A stretch of DNA of 64,000 nt from Squalus acanthias (Eukaryota), in the NCBI GenBank assembly GCA_030390025.1, contig CM059432.1:7936001-8000000 (forward strand), written 5' to 3'. Position numbers and translations under genes: made by a program. Below, one piece after another: positions 24,091 to 36,187 of the stretch; the stretch's first letter is position 1, and every line of letters starts with the position of its first letter. The notes beneath the pieces are model-generated. The model made no database searches. It worked only from the letters and a program-made list of their open reading frames with translations, and was not told where the DNA came from.

Positions 24091-25755
24091 GGCCTAGAAA
24101 TTTGCCTCGGGCGGTGTCGCAAAACGGGCGGTATCAGATCGGCCGTCCGTTGTACGCAGCTTCCGTTGTACGCAGCGTCCATTGTACGCAGCGTCCGTTG
24201 TACGCAGCGTCCGTTGTACGCAGCGCCCGTTGTACGCAGCGTCCGTTGTACGCAGCGCCCGTTGTACGCAGCGCCCGTTGTACACAGCGTCCGTTATACG
24301 CAGCGTCCGTTGTACGCAGCGCCTGTTGTACGCAGCGCCCGTTGTTCACAGCGTCCGTTGTTCACAGCGTCCGTTATACGCAGCGTCCGTTGTACGCAGC
24401 GCCCGTTGTACGCAGCGCCCGTTGTTCGCAGCGTCCGTTGTTCACAGCGTCCGTTGTTCACAGCGCCCGTTGTACGCAGCGCCCGTTGTACGCAGCGCCC
24501 GTTGTACGCAGCGTCCGTTGTACGCAGCGTCCGTTGTACGCAGCGCCCGTTGTACACAGCGTCCGTTGTACGCAGCGCCCGTTGTTCACAGCGTCCGTTG
24601 TTCACAGCTTCCGTTGTACGCAGCGCCCGTTGTACGCAGCGTCCGTTGTACGCAGCGCCCGTTGTACGCAGCGCCCGTTGTACGCAGCGTCCGTTGTTCA
24701 CAGCGTCCGTTGTACGCAGCGCCCGTTGTTCACAGCGTCCGTTGTTCACAGCTTCCGTTGTACGCAGCTTCCGTTGTACGCAGCGTCCGTTGTTCACAGC
24801 TTCCGTTGTACGCAGCGCCCGTTGTACGCAGCGCCCGTTGTACGCAGCGCCCGTTGTACGCAGCGCCCGTTGTACGCAGCGCCCGTTGTGCACAGCGTCC
24901 GTTGTACGCAGCGCCCGTTGTACGCAGAGTCCGTTGTACGCAGTGTCCGTTATACGCAGCGCCCGTTGTACGCAGAGTCCGTTGTACGCAGTGTCCGTTG
25001 TACGCAGCGCCCGTTATACGCAGTGTCCGTTGTACGCAGCGCCCGTTGTACGCAGAGTCCGTTGTACGCAGCGCCCGTTGTACGCAGCGCCCGTTATACA
25101 CAGCGCCCGTTGTACGCAGCGTCCGTTGTACGCAGCGCCCGTTATACGCAGCGTCCGTTGTACGCAGCGCCCGTTGTACGCAGCGCCCGTTATACGCAGT
25201 GTCCGTTGTACGCAGCGCCCGTTGTACGCAGAGTCCATTGTACGCAGCGCCCGTTGTACGCAGCGCCCGTTATACGCAGTGTCCGTTGTACGCAGCGTCC
25301 ATTGTTCACAGCGCCCATTGTACACAGCGCCCGTTGTACGCAGAGTCCGTTGTACACAGCGTCCATTGTACGCAGCGCCCGTTATACGCAGCGCCCGTTA
25401 TACGCAGTGTCCGTTATACGCAGCGCCCGTTATACGCAGCGCCTGTTGTACGCAGCGTCCGTTGTTCACAGCGTCCGTTGTACGCAGCGCCCGTTGTACG
25501 CAGAGTCCGTTGTACGCAGTGTCCGTTATACGCAGCGCCCGTTGTACGCAGAGTCCGTTGTACGCAGTGTCCGTTATACGCAGCGCCCGTTGTACGCAGC
25601 GCCCGTTGTACGCAGCGCCCGTTGTACGCAGCGCCCGTTATACGCAGTGTCCGTTGTACGCAGCACCTGTTGTACGCAGCGCCCATTGTACACAGCGCCC
25701 GATATTCAGTTCCGTGACTCCGGTACCGCCACTGCCCGAGACGGATTTCTAGGCC
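24091..25755. mobile_element. MITE carrying an expanded minisatellite
   Basis: Imperfect TIR GGCCTAGAAATTTGCCTCGGGCGGTG / CACTGCCCGAGACGGATTTCTAGGCC; flanks AAC / AAT. Confidence 0.8.
24147..25698 (+). repeat. 16-bp minisatellite, consensus CCGTTGTACGCAGCGY, 97 units
   Basis: 1552 bp = 97 x 16; the variants I can see are substitutions. Confidence 0.96.
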
Positions 25756-26758
25756 AATGTGTTTCCAGTCTCCTCGGTATTACTTCCGAAATAATGTTTA
25801 CCAGGAGTCCCACGGGGTCTTGCAGGGAGAGACATGAACAATGTAAGGCCAGTGATGGGGGACACTGTGGGGAACTATTTGGATGAGCGTGAAAGACATG
25901 GTTTTGAGGATGTATTGGGGGGGGGACGGGGGAGGGGAAGTAAATGTAACCTTGCGGCACACCATTAATGATGCAATGCTCCGTTGCATTCATCACACCA
26001 GTCGGCACATTCAGCAACGCGTCGCTCAGCTCAGATCATTGAGCGATGATGAGCCACAGATGCTGATCCTTTTCTCTGCGGTCGATTCTCATGCTGCGCA
26101 GGTTTTCCACACACACACACACACACACTCTCGGAAAGAGACCAGAGTCGGCCGCTCCTGAAGAGAGACAGATATACGAGCAGCAAAATCCACAGCATCT
26201 GGCTCGCACGGGACTTTTACTGTCATCGGCAGTGCTTCAAATTTATCACTTGTAAGAACGGCGCACATAAAAAATGCACCACGGGGATGTGTTACAGAAT
26301 TTATGGAGCCGATCTATAGGTTGCCGTTTCCAAACTGAATTAAAACATCTGCCAATTTTATGAGTCTTCTCCTGAACTGTAACGGAGAGAGCGACAACTT
26401 TGGTCAGGTATCTTGACGTGTCGATGTTGCTCTTTTCAGGCGCGATGGGCAGCGTGAATATTATTCATTAATGTCAACATGAACGTGGACTGCTTTCTGG
26501 GACTTGGAAATCTTTGGCTGGGGGTTGTTTTCCCTGCGGCCCCCCCCCCCTGTACTGCCAAATTGCAAAGTCATTTGGCTTTCAGCTTTAGGGCCACGTT
26601 GCTCCCGGCACCACGGTAGGAAGGCCAGTGGCTGCAGCTGGAAGATTGGGCCGAGAATATTGGAATTTTTTTTTTCTCTTTCCCGCCCCACCCACCCCCC
26701 TCACAAAGGGGAAAGGAGAAACTGGAAATGGAGCATTGATTGAGGTAGCGGCGGCGAC

Positions 26759-26915
26759 CGATGATCCCGTTGAGTCGCGCGGCCGTCTCGAGGTCCCGCG
26801 CAACCGGCTCACCGGCTTTTAAATGGAAAGAAAGGCGCGTGCGCGGAAATTTGAATAGGCCCGCGGTGCCCGTTAAAGGGGCCTTGCACCCCAAAAAAAA
26901 TGAACGTCAACATTG
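26759..26915. mobile_element. Short hAT-type MITE
   Basis: 8-bp TSD GCGGCGAC / GCGGTGAC; reverse-complement relative of 35801-35949. Confidence 0.75.
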
Positions 26916-27274
26916 GCGGTGACAGATAATGGTGAAATTCTGGAACTGAAGGGGCGCAAAATTTGCTGGGAAGGGGGCATAAATGGAAACTCCCTCTCGG
27001 TATCCTACCAGCACAGGCACGATGGGCCGAATGGCCCTCTTCCGTACTGTAAGATACTGTGAGTATATCTGACTTCAATACAGCCAAACTGATCAAAGGA
27101 ATATCGATAAAATCTATTCGGGGATAATCGCTGGGTGAATCTAGTAATTAAGGGCCATGCAACACCGTATTTTGAAATTAAAATGTGTTTACAGATGCTT
27201 CAGCCCATGGAACTGGTCCAACACATTTTGTCAAAGGAGAAAAGAAGGTGTGTCAAAGGGAGTGTACAACTGAA

Positions 27275-27662
27275 CTGACCTACATTGGCTTCCGGTCCGG
27301 CAACGCCTCGATTTAAAATTCTCATTCGTGTTTTCAAATCCCTCCACGGCCTCACCCCTCCCTATCTCTGTAACCCCCTCCATCCCTACAACCCTCCGAG
27401 ATCTCTGTGCTCCTCCAATTCTGGCCTCCTGAGCATCCCCGATTTTAATCGCTCCAACATGGACGGCCGTGCCTTCAGCTGCCTAGGCCCTAAGCTCTGG
27501 AATTCCCTGCCTAAACCTCTCCGCCTCTCTACCTCTCTCTCCTCCTTTAAGACGTTCCTTAATACTTACCTCTTTGACCAAGCTTTTGGTCACCCGTTCT
27601 AATATCTCAAATTTTGTTGGTAACGCTCCTGCAAAGCGCCTTGGGACATTTTAGTACATTAT
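27275..27662 (+). mobile_element. L2 3' fragment
   Basis: FKILIRVFKSLHGLTPPYL...WNSLP; tail continues after the MITE at 28316. Confidence 0.88.
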
Positions 27663-28315
27663 AGGGGAAAAATTCCGCAGCGTCCCCTTTGGTGTGCTAA
27701 CGTCGCCGGAGCGTGACTTTTAGCGCCCTGAAAAGGTTAGCGCCCCGCGCCGTAAATTCAGTGGTAGCGCCCCAAGCAGGAGGCAGGGCGCTATGGAAGC
27801 GCTCCCCCTCCTTCCTGGGTCGCTACAAGTGAATATCGCGGCGCTACGTGCAACAGCGCCACGTGCATCGGCATGTAGCGCCGCGTCATTGCAGGTCTCC
27901 CTCCCCTGATTAAAGGGGGAGGGGCCTAGCTCTGCACGCACCGGGGCCCTGCTGGACCACCGGGGAGCGGGGTGCCATGGAAACAGCCCGACACTCAAGA
28001 GGAGCGCCGGGCTGAGCGATCACGGCCGGCACCCCGAATAAAAACGGAGAAGGGGGGGGGCAGGAGCTGGCAGGTGGCCAAAAAAAATGGCCGCCCGACA
28101 CCTGCCCTTTAAATTGCGTCGCCGCGGCTGCAGGAACGCCCCCCTGACCCTGTCGGACATATCATTCAGCAATAGGTCAAGGGGCGCAACTGAAGTTTGC
28201 GGCCGGGACGCTACTGAATTTCGCGGGAGGCGTGAGCGGCGCCATGCCCGGGCGCGAGTGGTGTTCCGCCCCGTTAGCGCCTCCCGGGAGCGCGAAGCAA
28301 CTCAATTTTTCCCCC
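27663..28315. mobile_element. GC-rich MITE (family A), inserted in an L2 tail
   Basis: TIR (A)GGGGAAAAATT / AATTTTTCCCCC; flanks TAT / TGT; related to 61484-62230. Confidence 0.8.
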
Positions 28316-28842
28316 TGTAGGCTCTATAAAAATGCCAGTTTTTGTTGCACAGAAAACTGAAATTAATCCGACTCCCCAGAAGAAAAAAGCCAAATGTTGA
28401 TGGTGTCAGCGCATTTACACTGGGATGCAAATGTACAAACACTTCATGCATTGTCTGAAATTCCTTTCTTTGCCCTTTGAGTGGAGACAATACTAAAATA
28501 GCAGAGCGAGGAATTTCAGGCTAACGCATATGCACATTCATATGCTGTTATCCCACAGAATAATTTCAAGGTCCTAATTACTATTGATACTTTGTATGGC
28601 TGACGTTGATGTAGAGCAACAACTATAATACTACATTCAGGTTTTTAAGCCAGCTAATCGCGTCAGGAATAGTGGAGTGTGTCGCTGAGATGCCTCCTTC
28701 GTACTTGTGAATCGGGCATTGAGTCGTTCTGTGTTCCGTGGTCTGTTCTGGGTGACCACAGTCACACACTGGAGAATTTTTAATTTTCCGTCTGTACATC
28801 AAGTATCCACATCTGCCGTGGTTTGTGCGGTTGCGGTTCCGT

Positions 28843-29150
28843 CTGAGGCCCCGTCTGCTCTCTCAGGTGGTCGTAAAAGAGCCCACGGGCACTATTTCGA
28901 AGAAGAGTAGGGGAGTTATCCCCGGTGTCCTGGGCCAATATTTATTCCTCAATCAACATCACAAAAACAGTTTATCTGGTCATTATCACATTGCTGTTTG
29001 TGGGAGCTTGCTGTGCGCAAATTGGCTGCTGCGTTTCCCACATTACAGCAGGGACTACACTTCATTGGCTGTGAAGCGCTTTGAGACGTCCGGTGGTTGT
29101 GAAAGGCGGTGGTTGTGAAAGGCGCTATATAAATGCAAGACTTTCTTTCT
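28843..29150 (+). mobile_element. Deu-domain SINE, 3' part
   Basis: Deu core and tail; 16-bp duplication ggtggttgtgaaaggc in the tail. Confidence 0.85.
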
Positions 29151-29727
29151 GTATCATTCTATGATTCTGGGACATAGGCAAATATCAGAGAGAATTTCTC
29201 TTGTCAGAGTGAGAACTTTGATTTTTGCAAATATGTGCAGTATTTTGAATTTATTGAGAAATAAATAAAAGAACTATTGAAGTCTTCATAGTAGAAAAAT
29301 GTCTCCTCAGACGGACAAGGTGAGTTACCAGGCAATAACAACCTATGTTGAGTGGATAAGAATGAATTTTGGGTACTTGGATATTTGTTAAGAATAATGT
29401 TAAAACCAACTTTTAATTTATTATTATAGTTATTTGGCTGGTAACTAACTCACTCAGGGGTTTTATGCTTTCTTTTTTGATCCTCTGTCACACTGAACTT
29501 GTCTTATTTTGCAACCAGCGAATTGCGAATTCATGTCCACACCTAATTATTGTCCCAGCTTGTCTGCTCCTGCAGAATCTGTTTCACCAGTTTTGGCTGG
29601 GATATTGGGCAATAAAATGAGGTGTTCTGTCTTGGGAGGGGTAGGGACTGAAACTCTGCCGCCACAGGAGTGTACTTCATGTCACCTGATTACAGAATGG
29701 GATTGACATGTGATTGATGAGAAATGG

Positions 29728-30122
29728 TTGGGTTGCCAGCTCTGGTGGGACGTATTTCCTGGAGGTGTCATCGCATGACCTCTTGACCCTAACCGCCCCG
29801 CCCTCACGCTCACGCCATTGGTCGCCCGACATGTCAATCTTCGTGGCGCCCCGCCTTCCCGCGGCCAATTGGACAGCGAACAGAGACCCTTCATTACCCG
29901 ATTGGATGATTCTTGGCTGTCAGTCAAACAGCCTTTTCTCCCCACATCCAATATTTTTACAACTGAGAAACAGAAGTGTTCAAAGAATTCTTTTTTTTAA
30001 ACCACAATTGTTTTTATTGCCCCGATGATTTTTTCTCCCGGAGTTGCTGGCAGCAGTGTCCTGGTGATTAGTCTATCATTCCTGGAGACTCCAGGCCAAT
30101 CCTGGAGAGTTGGCAGCCCCTA
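29728..30122. mobile_element. Probable non-autonomous hAT-like element
   Basis: Ends TTGGGTTGCCAGCTCT / AGAGTTGGCAGCCCCTA; related reverse copy at about 45085-45320; no clear TSD. Confidence 0.55.
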
Positions 30123-30641
30123 GTCTATGACCCAGATTGTCCCATTTCCCTGACCTCCGAAAGTAGAAGGCATCTGTGGAATCGACCCAGAAGAGAATAA
30201 GTGGGAGTTCAAATCCAGGCCGTATTATTCAATCGCCCTGTTCATTATACTGTAGCAAGAAGCTGCGTTTGCCTGAAGAGCAAAGATTCAACGGTGTTGT
30301 GGGTGCAGTGTATTTAGAGCCACTTCCAGTTCCCACCTCCCGCCGTTGCTTGCTTCTGGAGGGCATGCTGTGGGTGGGAATTCTCATGGTAGTTTTGCAG
30401 GAATTCCTACCCACAGCAGTCAATCCTTGAAGCGATGGCAAGAGATAGCAGCTGGGAGCATTGCTGAGGAGGGGAGGGGACTGCCAATGTGGTGAACTGG
30501 GAGTGGGGGGGTGTGTGGGAGAATAAGAGAGGAATGGGGTGGCAGATAAAAATTGCCAGTTTGAATTCGGGTACTGGGGAGGGGAGGGAAGAGGGGAGAA
30601 GAGTGCCTTTGTGATCTGCAGGGAGGGGATGAGGGCTGTGT

Positions 30642-31103
30642 GTCAGCCATGGCTCAGTGGGTTGCACCCTCGCCTCTGAGTCAGAGGTTGTGGCTTCAGA
30701 GTCCCACTCCAGAGACTTAAGCACAAAAATCTAGGCTGACACCCCAGTACAGTGCTGAGGGAGTGCCTGCACTGTCAGAGGTGCCGTCTTTCAGATGAGA
30801 TGTTAAACCGAGGCCCCGTCTGCTCTCTCAGGTGGACGTAAAAGATCCCGAGGCCACTATTTCGAAGAAGAGCAGGGGAGTTATCCCCGGTGTCCTGGCC
30901 AATATTTATCCCTCAATCAACATAACAAAAACAGATTAACTGGTCATTATCACATTGCTGTTTGTGGGAGCTTGCTGTGTGCAATAGGCTGCCGCGTTTC
31001 CCACATTACAACAGTGACTACACTCCAAAAGTACTTCATTGGCTGTAAAGCGCTTTGAGACGTCCTGAGGTCATGAAAGGCGCTATAGAAACGCAAGTCT
31101 TTC
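30642..31103 (+). mobile_element. Full-length Deu-domain SINE
   Basis: tRNA head, Deu core, tail. Confidence 0.9.
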
Positions 31104-31571
31104 AGTTTCACCGTGACAACTGTACGCATGGTTTAAATATTTAGTCACGGGGGTGGTATCAATTCATATTCACAACAGCCTGCAACTTCTTCACAAAAAA
31201 CATGAGAGAAAATCTGCAACCTTCGTGGCAATCTTCTCTCATGCAGTTGATGGAATGTTCGGTATTGAATCCCAACAAACCTGCGGCGGTTTCAATTCCA
31301 GCATCGCGCCCTGTCACAGGGCTGTTCCTGAGCTGTCGGCTTTGCCAAACGGTTGTTCAGCTTGTGTTTGTTTTCCATGGGTGAAGTTTCCAGATAAGGC
31401 GCAGGCACGATGGGCCGAAGGGCCTCCTTCTGCGCTGTATCCTTCTGTGATTCTACCATGAGCGTTCTTGTCTCAAGCTGCTGGAAGGGGGTGTCCCCCT
31501 AAATTTTATTTTTTAACGTTCGTTTATTTTCCGGTTCTCATTTCACAAATCAGCAGGTGACTAAAGATATC

Positions 31572-32335
31572 GGCCCAGAAATTAGGCTCCCTGGCTTCCC
31601 ACGGGGGTAAGGATCGCGCGCGCACCTACCTACCGCGCCTGCCGTTGACCTCTGGGCCCACGGGGACTTCAGCTCCTGGGCCTCCTGCAGCTGCCGGCGC
31701 GCAGTGCTTGTGTATCCCAGGGGCGTAGTTAGTGCGATGCGTCCCCTGGGATCACGTGGGCCATGGAGAGCCAATGGCAGCAGACCATCTTTCATTCATA
31801 GATTTGACAGGAAGACCTGTCAAATCTGTGAATTGAAATCGGCCCCAAAACAACACCTAAACTTCAAATAAATTTTTTAAAAAACCATCACATTTTTAAA
31901 TAACTATAAGTTAAATAAATTAACTACTTTAAACAAAAATTTAAATTTTTGACAAAATTAAAATACTTTTTAACAGTGCTAAAAATAAACTTACCTTTCT
32001 TTAAAGTATCTAAAAAAGATAAACCTGTTGAAAAAATTTTTAAATTGTAATTAATTAACCACTTACCTTGTTAAAAACGGGTCTTGCTCCTCCTTTTTAA
32101 AAGCGCAGCTTCTTCCATACTTACCCTCCCGGAGAAACCTGAAAAAAAACGAAGTTCGCTGCGTGCGCGCAGCCTCTCCCGCGCACGCGGTTCACCTCTG
32201 AACCACTCCCTTCACCAGACCGGAAGTTCCAGTTTCCCGCGCATACGCAGTGCATGCAGGAAACCGGCACTTCAGGAGGCCTTACAGGTGAGTACACAGC
32301 GCGTACTCACCCGGCAAGGGCCGAATTTTTGGCCC
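31572..32335. mobile_element. MITE (family B) with 3-bp TSD
   Basis: TIR GGCCCAGAAATT / AATTTTTGGCCC; TSD ATC / ATC; AT-rich centre; inverted relative at 53962-54699. Confidence 0.85.
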
Positions 32336-32554
32336 ATCGAGATTAAAATGTAACAGAAAAAGGAGGCTTATGATACAATGAAAAATGGACAAGCTTTTAA
32401 ATAGATTCAGAACAGAAGGGGGGCGGGGGGGGAGGGGGGGGGCGGAGGGACAGCAAAAGCAATCTGTTGAAGGGCTGTAGCCCAAAACGTTAATTTAGTC
32501 TGTTCTCCCCACAGATGCCAGTCCTGCTTTGATTGGGCGGACAGTACATAGAAT

Positions 32555-33290
32555 TACATCGACTTTCCAGCACAGAAACAGGCCATTCGGCCCAACTGGT
32601 CCGTGCCGGTGTTTATGCTCCACACGAGCCTCCTCCCACCCCTCTTCATCTCACCCCATCAACATATCCTTCCATTCCTTTCTCCCTCATGTGTTTATCC
32701 AGCTTCCCCTTAAATGGATCTACCCTATTCGCCTCAACCACTCCCTGTGGTAGTGAGTTCCACATTCTCACCGCTCTCTGAGTAAAGAGGTCTCTCCTGA
32801 ATTCCCGATTGGATTTATTAGTGACCACCTTATACTATCTTATATTTATGATCCTCAGTTTTGGAAACAAGTAGCTACCTCTTCTCTGCATCTACCTTAT
32901 CGAACCCCTTCATCATTTTAAAGACCTCGATCAGATCACCCCTCGGCCTTCTCTCTCCTGGAGAAAAGAGACCCAGCCTGCTCAGTCTTTCCTGATAGGT
33001 AGAGCCTCTCATATCTGGTGTCATCCTTGTAAATTTTTTTGCACCTTCTTCAGTGCCTCTATATCCTTTTTGTAATAGGGAGACCAGAACTGTGCACAGT
33101 ATTCTACAAGTGTGGGCTAGCCAAGGTTCTATATAAGTTTTACATAACTTCTCTGCTTTTCAATTCTATTCCTTTAGAAAGGAGCCTCAGTGCTTTGCAT
33201 TTTTATGGCCTTGTTGACCTATATTCCTCTGCTCCTCTACCCCATTTGGACTCTTATTTTTCAAGGAGTATGTGGCCTCCTTATTCCTCC
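32555..33290 (-). mobile_element. CR1 3' fragment
   Basis: ORF 32646..32828 NREFRRDLFTQRAVRMWNSLP. Confidence 0.85.
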
Positions 33291-33414
33291 TACCAGGCTC
33301 AAGTGGAGCATTGACGCCAGCATGGACTGTTTGGGCCGAATGGCCTGTTTCTGTGCTGTATATTCTATATCATTCTATGTAAACCGAACAAACTTTGTTT
33401 TTTATTATTCATTT

Positions 33415-33980
33415 TTATGGGATGTGGGCGTCACTGGCAAGGCCAGCATTTATTGCCCATCCCTAATTGCCCTTGAGAAGGTGGTGGTGAGCCGCCTTCT
33501 TGAACCGCTGCAGTCCGTGTGGTGAAGGTACTCCCACAGTGCTGTTAGGGAGGGAGTTCCAAGATTTTGATCCAGCGACAATGAAGGAACGACGATATAC
33601 TTCTAAGTCAGGGTGGTGTGTGACTTGGAGGGGAACTTGGAGGTGGTGGTGTTCCCATGCGCCTGCTGCCCTTGTCCTTCTAGGTGGAAGAGGTCGCGGG
33701 TTTGGGAGGTGCTGCCGAAGAAGCCTTGGTGAGTTGCTGCAGTGCATCTTGTAGATGGTACACACTGCAGCCACGGTACGCCGGTGGTGGAGGGAGTGAA
33801 TGTTTAAGGTGGTGGATGGGGTGCCAAACAAGCGGGCTGCTTTGTCCTGGATGGTGTCGAGCTTCTTGAGTGTTGTTGGAGTTGCAGTCATCCAGGCAAG
33901 TGGAGAGTATTCCATCACACTCCTGACTTGTGCCTTGTAGATGGTGGAAAGGCTTTGGGAGTCAGGAGGTGAGACACTGC
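33415..33980 (-). mobile_element. LINE family Z 3' fragment
   Basis: YKAQVRSVMEY...FKKAAHHHLLKGN* plus 3'UTR. Confidence 0.9.
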
Positions 33981-34311
33981 TCAAATTAAATGATGTTATA
34001 GATGGTGTCAGTAGAACCGAGAAGTCTGTATCTAATTTATAAGGTGCATCCTATTTTGCTACATGTTGCCTCTGCAGTTATCAAAGTGGACAGGATGCAT
34101 GACTTGAAAAGCAATGATCTAACGTTCTTCCGACACTACTTTACATTGTGTCAAGGTTACGCAGCGAAACATTGCTTAGCATCACATTAGTAACAGTTTC
34201 AGACTAATGTTGCAAGAGGTACAATGGAAAACTTGGGAGGGATGAAATTAAAGTTCGGCTGGGCCGGATCACCCCGCCCAACTTTCCTAACTGTTAAAGT
34301 CAGTGGAAAGG

Positions 34312-34836
34312 AAAAAAAGAAAGACTTACATTTCAATAGCGCCTTTCACGATCTCAGGACGGCATGGACACGATGGGCCGAATGGCCTCCTGTGTCGTAA
34401 TTTTTCTGTGATTCTATGAGTCAAAGTGCTTTACAGCCAATGAAGTACTTTTTTGAAGTGTCGTCTCTGTTGTAATGTAGGAAACGCGGCAGCCAATTTG
34501 CGCACAGCAAGCTCCCACAAACAGCAATGTGATAATGACCAGAGAATCTGTTTCTTGGAGTGATGTTGATTGAGGGATAAATATTGGCCAGGACACCAGG
34601 GATAACTCCCCTGCTCTTCTTTGAAATAGTGCTGTGGGATCATTTACATCCACCTGAGAGAGCAGACGGGGCCTCGGCTTAACGTCTCATCTGAAAGACG
34701 GCACCTCCGACAGTGCAGCACTCCCTCAGCCCTGCACTGGAGTGTCAGCCTAGATTTTGCGCACAAATCTCTGGAGTGGGACTTGAACCCACAACCTTCT
34801 GATTCCGAGGCGAGGACTGCTGCCAACTGAGCCACA
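34312..34836 (-). mobile_element. Full-length Deu-domain SINE with a short CR1 tail inserted (about 34360-34420)
   Basis: Reverse complement of the family consensus. Confidence 0.85.
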
Positions 34837-35390
34837 CTTGACTACAATGGAACATGGGATGGGATGTATAATGAGCGGTCAGTCCATTCCCCCTCCTCTC
34901 CCCCTGACAGTGTTGAATTTAACCCCCCACCATCCATGGGCACTTCAAATCCAAGGCGTCCTTGGAAGGGGGGTTTGAATGACAGGAAGTGAAAGGGTAA
35001 CACCAATGGCAACAGCCATTCTTCAAAGCTTTAGGTGTTTAAAAGGGGCAAGTTGAGAGTGGAACACAGAGTGGAGGCCAGGGAAAGCTAACGTCTGCAT
35101 AGTTGCCCGCTCTGCAGTGTGCTCTGTGATTATTTTCAAATTATCTTCCCTTGTGTCTGAAAGTGCAAGTTTATTTGAAAACGACTTGAAATTGGGAAGA
35201 AGTGACCTCGCCCAGTCAAGGGCTTGGTGGATACTGAGCCACAAAGAACAGAAAGATCCCAGGTTTGATGGTGAGCGGCAGGAGCACCGTGATTGGTAAT
35301 GGTGTCCCCAGTTAGAGAGGGGGAAGAAAAATTTCAGTCAGCATTCTCACTGTTGCAAAAACTAACTAGGCACCAACCCCTTGTTGGACA

Positions 35391-35741
35391 GTGTGTGTGA
35401 GTGTGTGTGTGAGTGTGTGTGAGTGAGTGTGTGAGTGTGTGTGAGTGAGTGTGTGTATGAGTGTGTGTGTGTGAGTGAGTGAGTGTGTGAGTGTGTGAGT
35501 GTGTGAGTGTGTGTGAGTGTGTGTGAGTGAGTGTGTGAGTGTGTGTGAGTGAGTGAGTGTGTGAGTGTGTGTGTGAGTGTGTGTGTGTGAGTGAGTGAGT
35601 GTGTGAGTGTGTGAGTGTGTGTGTGTGTGTGTGAGTGTGTGTGTGAGTGTGTGTGTGAGTGTGTGTGTGTGTGTGAGTGTGTGTGTGTGTGAGTGTGTGA
35701 GTGTGTGTGTGTGTGAGTGTGTGAGTGTGTGTGTGTGTGTG
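35391..35741 (+). repeat. (GT)n/(GTGA)n compound microsatellite
   Basis: Direct reading. Confidence 0.97.
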
Positions 35742-35800
35742 GGCGACAGGCGAGGGCAAATAGAGCTGAGCGGTGATACTCCCATCGTAAATCAGCCTAC

Positions 35801-35949
35801 CGATGTTCCCTCTAATCTTTTTTGGATGCGCGGTCCCTTTAACTGGCTGCGCGACCCATTCAAATTTGCGCGCAGTCTCTTGCATTGAAAAGTCAGTGAG
35901 CGGAATGCGCTGGACCTACAGACCACCGCGCAGCTTAGCAGGAACGTTG
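35801..35949. mobile_element. Short hAT-type MITE
   Basis: TIR CGATGTTCCCTCTAA / TTAGCAGGAACGTTG; flanks CAGCCTAC / CTGCCAAC (6/8). Confidence 0.7.
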
Positions 35950-36187
35950 CTGCCAACATTCAACGTCTAACAACACTTGTAAGTAGAGAGCGGTGCACGT
36001 GTGGAACTCGCTGCCACAGGGAGTGGTTGAGGCGAATAGCGTAGATGCATTTATGGGGAAGCCAGATAAACGCATGAGGGAGAAAGGAATAGAAGGATAT
36101 GGTGAGATGAATTAAGGTGGGAGGAGGCTCGGGTGGAGCATGACCAGTTGGGCCGAATGGCCTCTTTCTGTGCTGTAATTCGGTTTT

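Noticed and set aside
24147..25698. CRISPR-like array
   Set aside because: Units are contiguous with no unique spacers, there are no cas genes, and the context is eukaryotic
24102..25886. Three overlapping ORFs of 511-594 aa
   Set aside because: They are the three frames of a stop-free 16-bp repeat; no evidence of coding
35334..35888. His/Thr-rich and Cys/Val-rich ORFs
   Set aside because: Translations of a GT microsatellite
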